A DNA stretch of 32,000 nucleotides from Nitrosospira multiformis ATCC 25196 (GTDB lineage Bacteria; Pseudomonadota; Gammaproteobacteria; Burkholderiales; Nitrosomonadaceae). Within the stretch, counting starts at the first letter, position 1; the number at the start of each line of letters is the position of its first letter. Under the pieces are notes generated by a model. It saw nothing but the letters and a program-made list of their open reading frames with translations. It had not been told where the DNA came from and ran no database searches. Shown here piece after piece: positions 30,165 through 32,000 of the stretch. The stretch is from NCBI RefSeq assembly GCF_000196355.1, contig NC_007614.1, forward strand, positions 810,001-842,000, read 5' to 3'. A program made the position numbers and the translations under genes.

Positions 30165-32000
30165 GTATTGTGCTCCCGCTGCAGCAGAATGCATCGAGTG
30201 TTCCGCCGGATGAGGCGGAACGGCGCCAGGCGCTCGATCCTGCCTGCTCATTCATTGTGCAGGCCCCGGCCGGCTCCGGTAAAACCGGACTTCTGATTCA
30301 ACGCTACCTCAAACTGCTGGCTTGCGTCGAAGAACCGGAGGAGGTGGTGGCGATTACATTCACGCGCAAGGCAGCTGCCGAGATGCGCCAGCGGCTGGTG
30401 GCCGCGCTGGCCTCCGCCCAAAAAGCGGCTCACTCATCAGGAGCCCAGGAAGCCGAACAGGAAAGCAAACATGAAAAAACGACGCGAACACTGGCTCATG
30501 CGGTGCTGCGACGGGATGCGGAGGCGTGCTGGCGCCTTGCTGACCATCCTGCTCGGCTACGCATCCAAACATTCGATTCGCTGTGCGCTTCCCTTACCCG
30601 GCAGATGCCAGTGCTCTCCGGATTCGGAGGGCAGCCGGAAACGGTGGATGACGCCTCCGATCTATATCTCGAGGCGGCGCGCGCCACCCTTGCTCTGCTT
30701 GACGGCGACGATGCGGTTGCCGAAGATGTCGAGTGTTTGCTGGAGCACCTCGATAATGATATCGGACGTATAGAAAAACTGCTGGTAGAAATACTGGCCC
30801 TTCGGGACCACTGGTTGCGGCACGTTCATGTCAGAGAGCGGTACGAGCTGGAAGCGGCATTAAGAAACGCACGCCGGCAGACATTACGGCGCGTGCGCGC
30901 ATTATGGGCCTCCCATCCTCCTGTCGCGCAGGATGAACTGCTCGCACTGGTCAGATATGCGGGCAGCAATCTGGCCAATGGCGCTAGTCTGTCGATTGAA
31001 TATGAGCGGCTCGGTGCGCTCGACATTCTGCCTGGTTGTGAGGAGCAGGATGTTTTCTGCTGGTGCGCCATTTCGGAATTGCTCCTTACGAGAGGAGGGG
31101 ATTGGCGCAAGCAGCATACAGTCAGGGAAGGTTTTCCACCCGGCTCTGGTACCAAAGCCGAAAAAGAAATTGCAAAGTCCTGGAAAGAGCGGGCGTTACG
31201 ATTGATTTCCCAATTGGCCGAAAATGACGAGGGTTCGCTTCGCCAGTCGCTGCACGATATTCGCCTGCTGCCGCCGCCTGCTTACACAGAGGGGCAGTGG
31301 AAAATACTCGGTTCGATCACCCGACTGCTACCCTATGCTGTTGCGCAGCTCAAGCTCGTATTTCAGCAGCATGGCAAGGTGGATTTTACCGAAGTGGCGC
31401 AGGCAGCATTGCGCGCCCTGGGTGATCCCGAGGCGCCGACAGATCTTGCGCTCGCACTCGATTATCGCATTCGGCATTTATTGATAGATGAGTTTCAGGA
31501 TACTTCGATCAGCCAGTATGAGCTGGTTACAAAACTGACGACAGGATGGGAGCCGGGCGACGGACGCAGCATGTTCGTGGTGGGGGACCCGATGCAATCC
31601 ATCTATCGCTTCCGCCAGGCTGAAGTCGGGCTGTTCCTGCGTGCCCGCGCTGCCGGATTTGGGAACGTGACACTCGGTCCAGTTTCACTCTCCGCCAACT
31701 TCCGGTCGCAGCGCGGTATCGTGGACTGGGTTAACGCGACGTTCGCAAGTGTCATGCCGCAGCGCGAGAATATTTCCACAGGTTCGGTACGCTACTCACC
31801 CTCCGTTGCCGTGCGCACCGCATTGCCAGATCCTGCCGTCAGCGTGCACCCATTCTTCAACGATGACCATGGGGCCGAGGGAGCGAAAGTGGTGGAGATT
31901 GTCGCCCGGGCGCAGCGTGACGAGAATTGCTCCACCACTGCCATTCTGGTTCGAAATCGCAGCCACCTGGCGGAAATCCTGCCTCGCCTCAAAAAAGCCG
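30161..32000 (+). CDS. UvrD/REP-family helicase, AddA/RecB-like (partial, runs off window)
   Basis: ATGA overlap with the upstream gene and SD GGGAGGA. In-frame Walker A FIVQAPAGSGKTGLLIQRYL, EVVAITFTRKAAAEMRQRL, HLLIDEFQDTSISQYELV and FVVGDPMQSIYRFRQAEVG. No stop before 32000, which is why the ORF track omits it. Confidence 0.93.
   Translation, partial: MSIVLPLQQNASSVPPDEAERRQALDPACSFIVQAPAGSGKTGLLIQRYLKLLACVEEPEEVVAITFTRKAAAEMRQRLVAALASAQKAAHSSGAQEAEQESKHEKTTRTLAHAVLRRDAEACWRLADHPARLRIQTFDSLCASLTRQMPVLSGFGGQPETVDDASDLYLEAARATLALLDGDDAVAEDVECLLEHLDNDIGRIEKLLVEILALRDHWLRHVHVRERYELEAALRNARRQTLRRVRALWASHPPVAQDELLALVRYAGSNLANGASLSIEYERLGALDILPGCEEQDVFCWCAISELLLTRGGDWRKQHTVREGFPPGSGTKAEKEIAKSWKERALRLISQLAENDEGSLRQSLHDIRLLPPPAYTEGQWKILGSITRLLPYAVAQLKLVFQQHGKVDFTEVAQAALRALGDPEAPTDLALALDYRIRHLLIDEFQDTSISQYELVTKLTTGWEPGDGRSMFVVGDPMQSIYRFRQAEVGLFLRARAAGFGNVTLGPVSLSANFRSQRGIVDWVNATFASVMPQRENISTGSVRYSPSVAVRTALPDPAVSVHPFFNDDHGAEGAKVVEIVARAQRDENCSTTAILVRNRSHLAEILPRLKKA

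Noticed and set aside
1-32000. CRISPR arrays, tRNA/rRNA genes, insertion sequences, phage or defence islands
   Set aside because: I saw no regularly spaced repeats, no tRNA-like cloverleaf or CCA-ended segment, no transposase or integrase motifs, and no toxin-antitoxin or restriction genes. The AddAB-like pair reads as housekeeping repair.

Overview
This window looks like ordinary chromosome of an autotrophic betaproteobacterium. The gene set and protein style suggest a Nitrosospira/Nitrosomonas-like ammonia oxidiser, but that is inference. From left to right I read: the aroB 3' end (partial), dgt, hemE, an OmpR-type response regulator with its histidine kinase, a DabA/DabB-type inorganic-carbon accumulation pair (DUF2309 plus NuoL-like), a ~680 bp gap with little coding potential, a SulP/STAS anion transporter with a clear rho-independent terminator, rsgA, a pterin-4a-carbinolamine dehydratase, an M48 protease, orn, and a glycogen cluster (glgP, glgA, glgB, glgC, GH57) with small ORFs in the glgB/glgC gap. 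These are followed by a small exported protein, a 7Fe-type ferredoxin, and an AddB-like Fe-S nuclease overlapping an AddA/UvrD-like helicase that runs off the right edge. The most interesting locus is dabA-dabB plus sulP (4881-11858). The zinc-site residues of DabA are conserved, DabA has an N-terminal extension, short direct repeats lie ahead of dabA and sulP, and an odd purine-rich spacer separates dabB from sulP. I found no CRISPR array, tRNA/rRNA, insertion sequence, prophage or defence island, and no convincing wholly new system.
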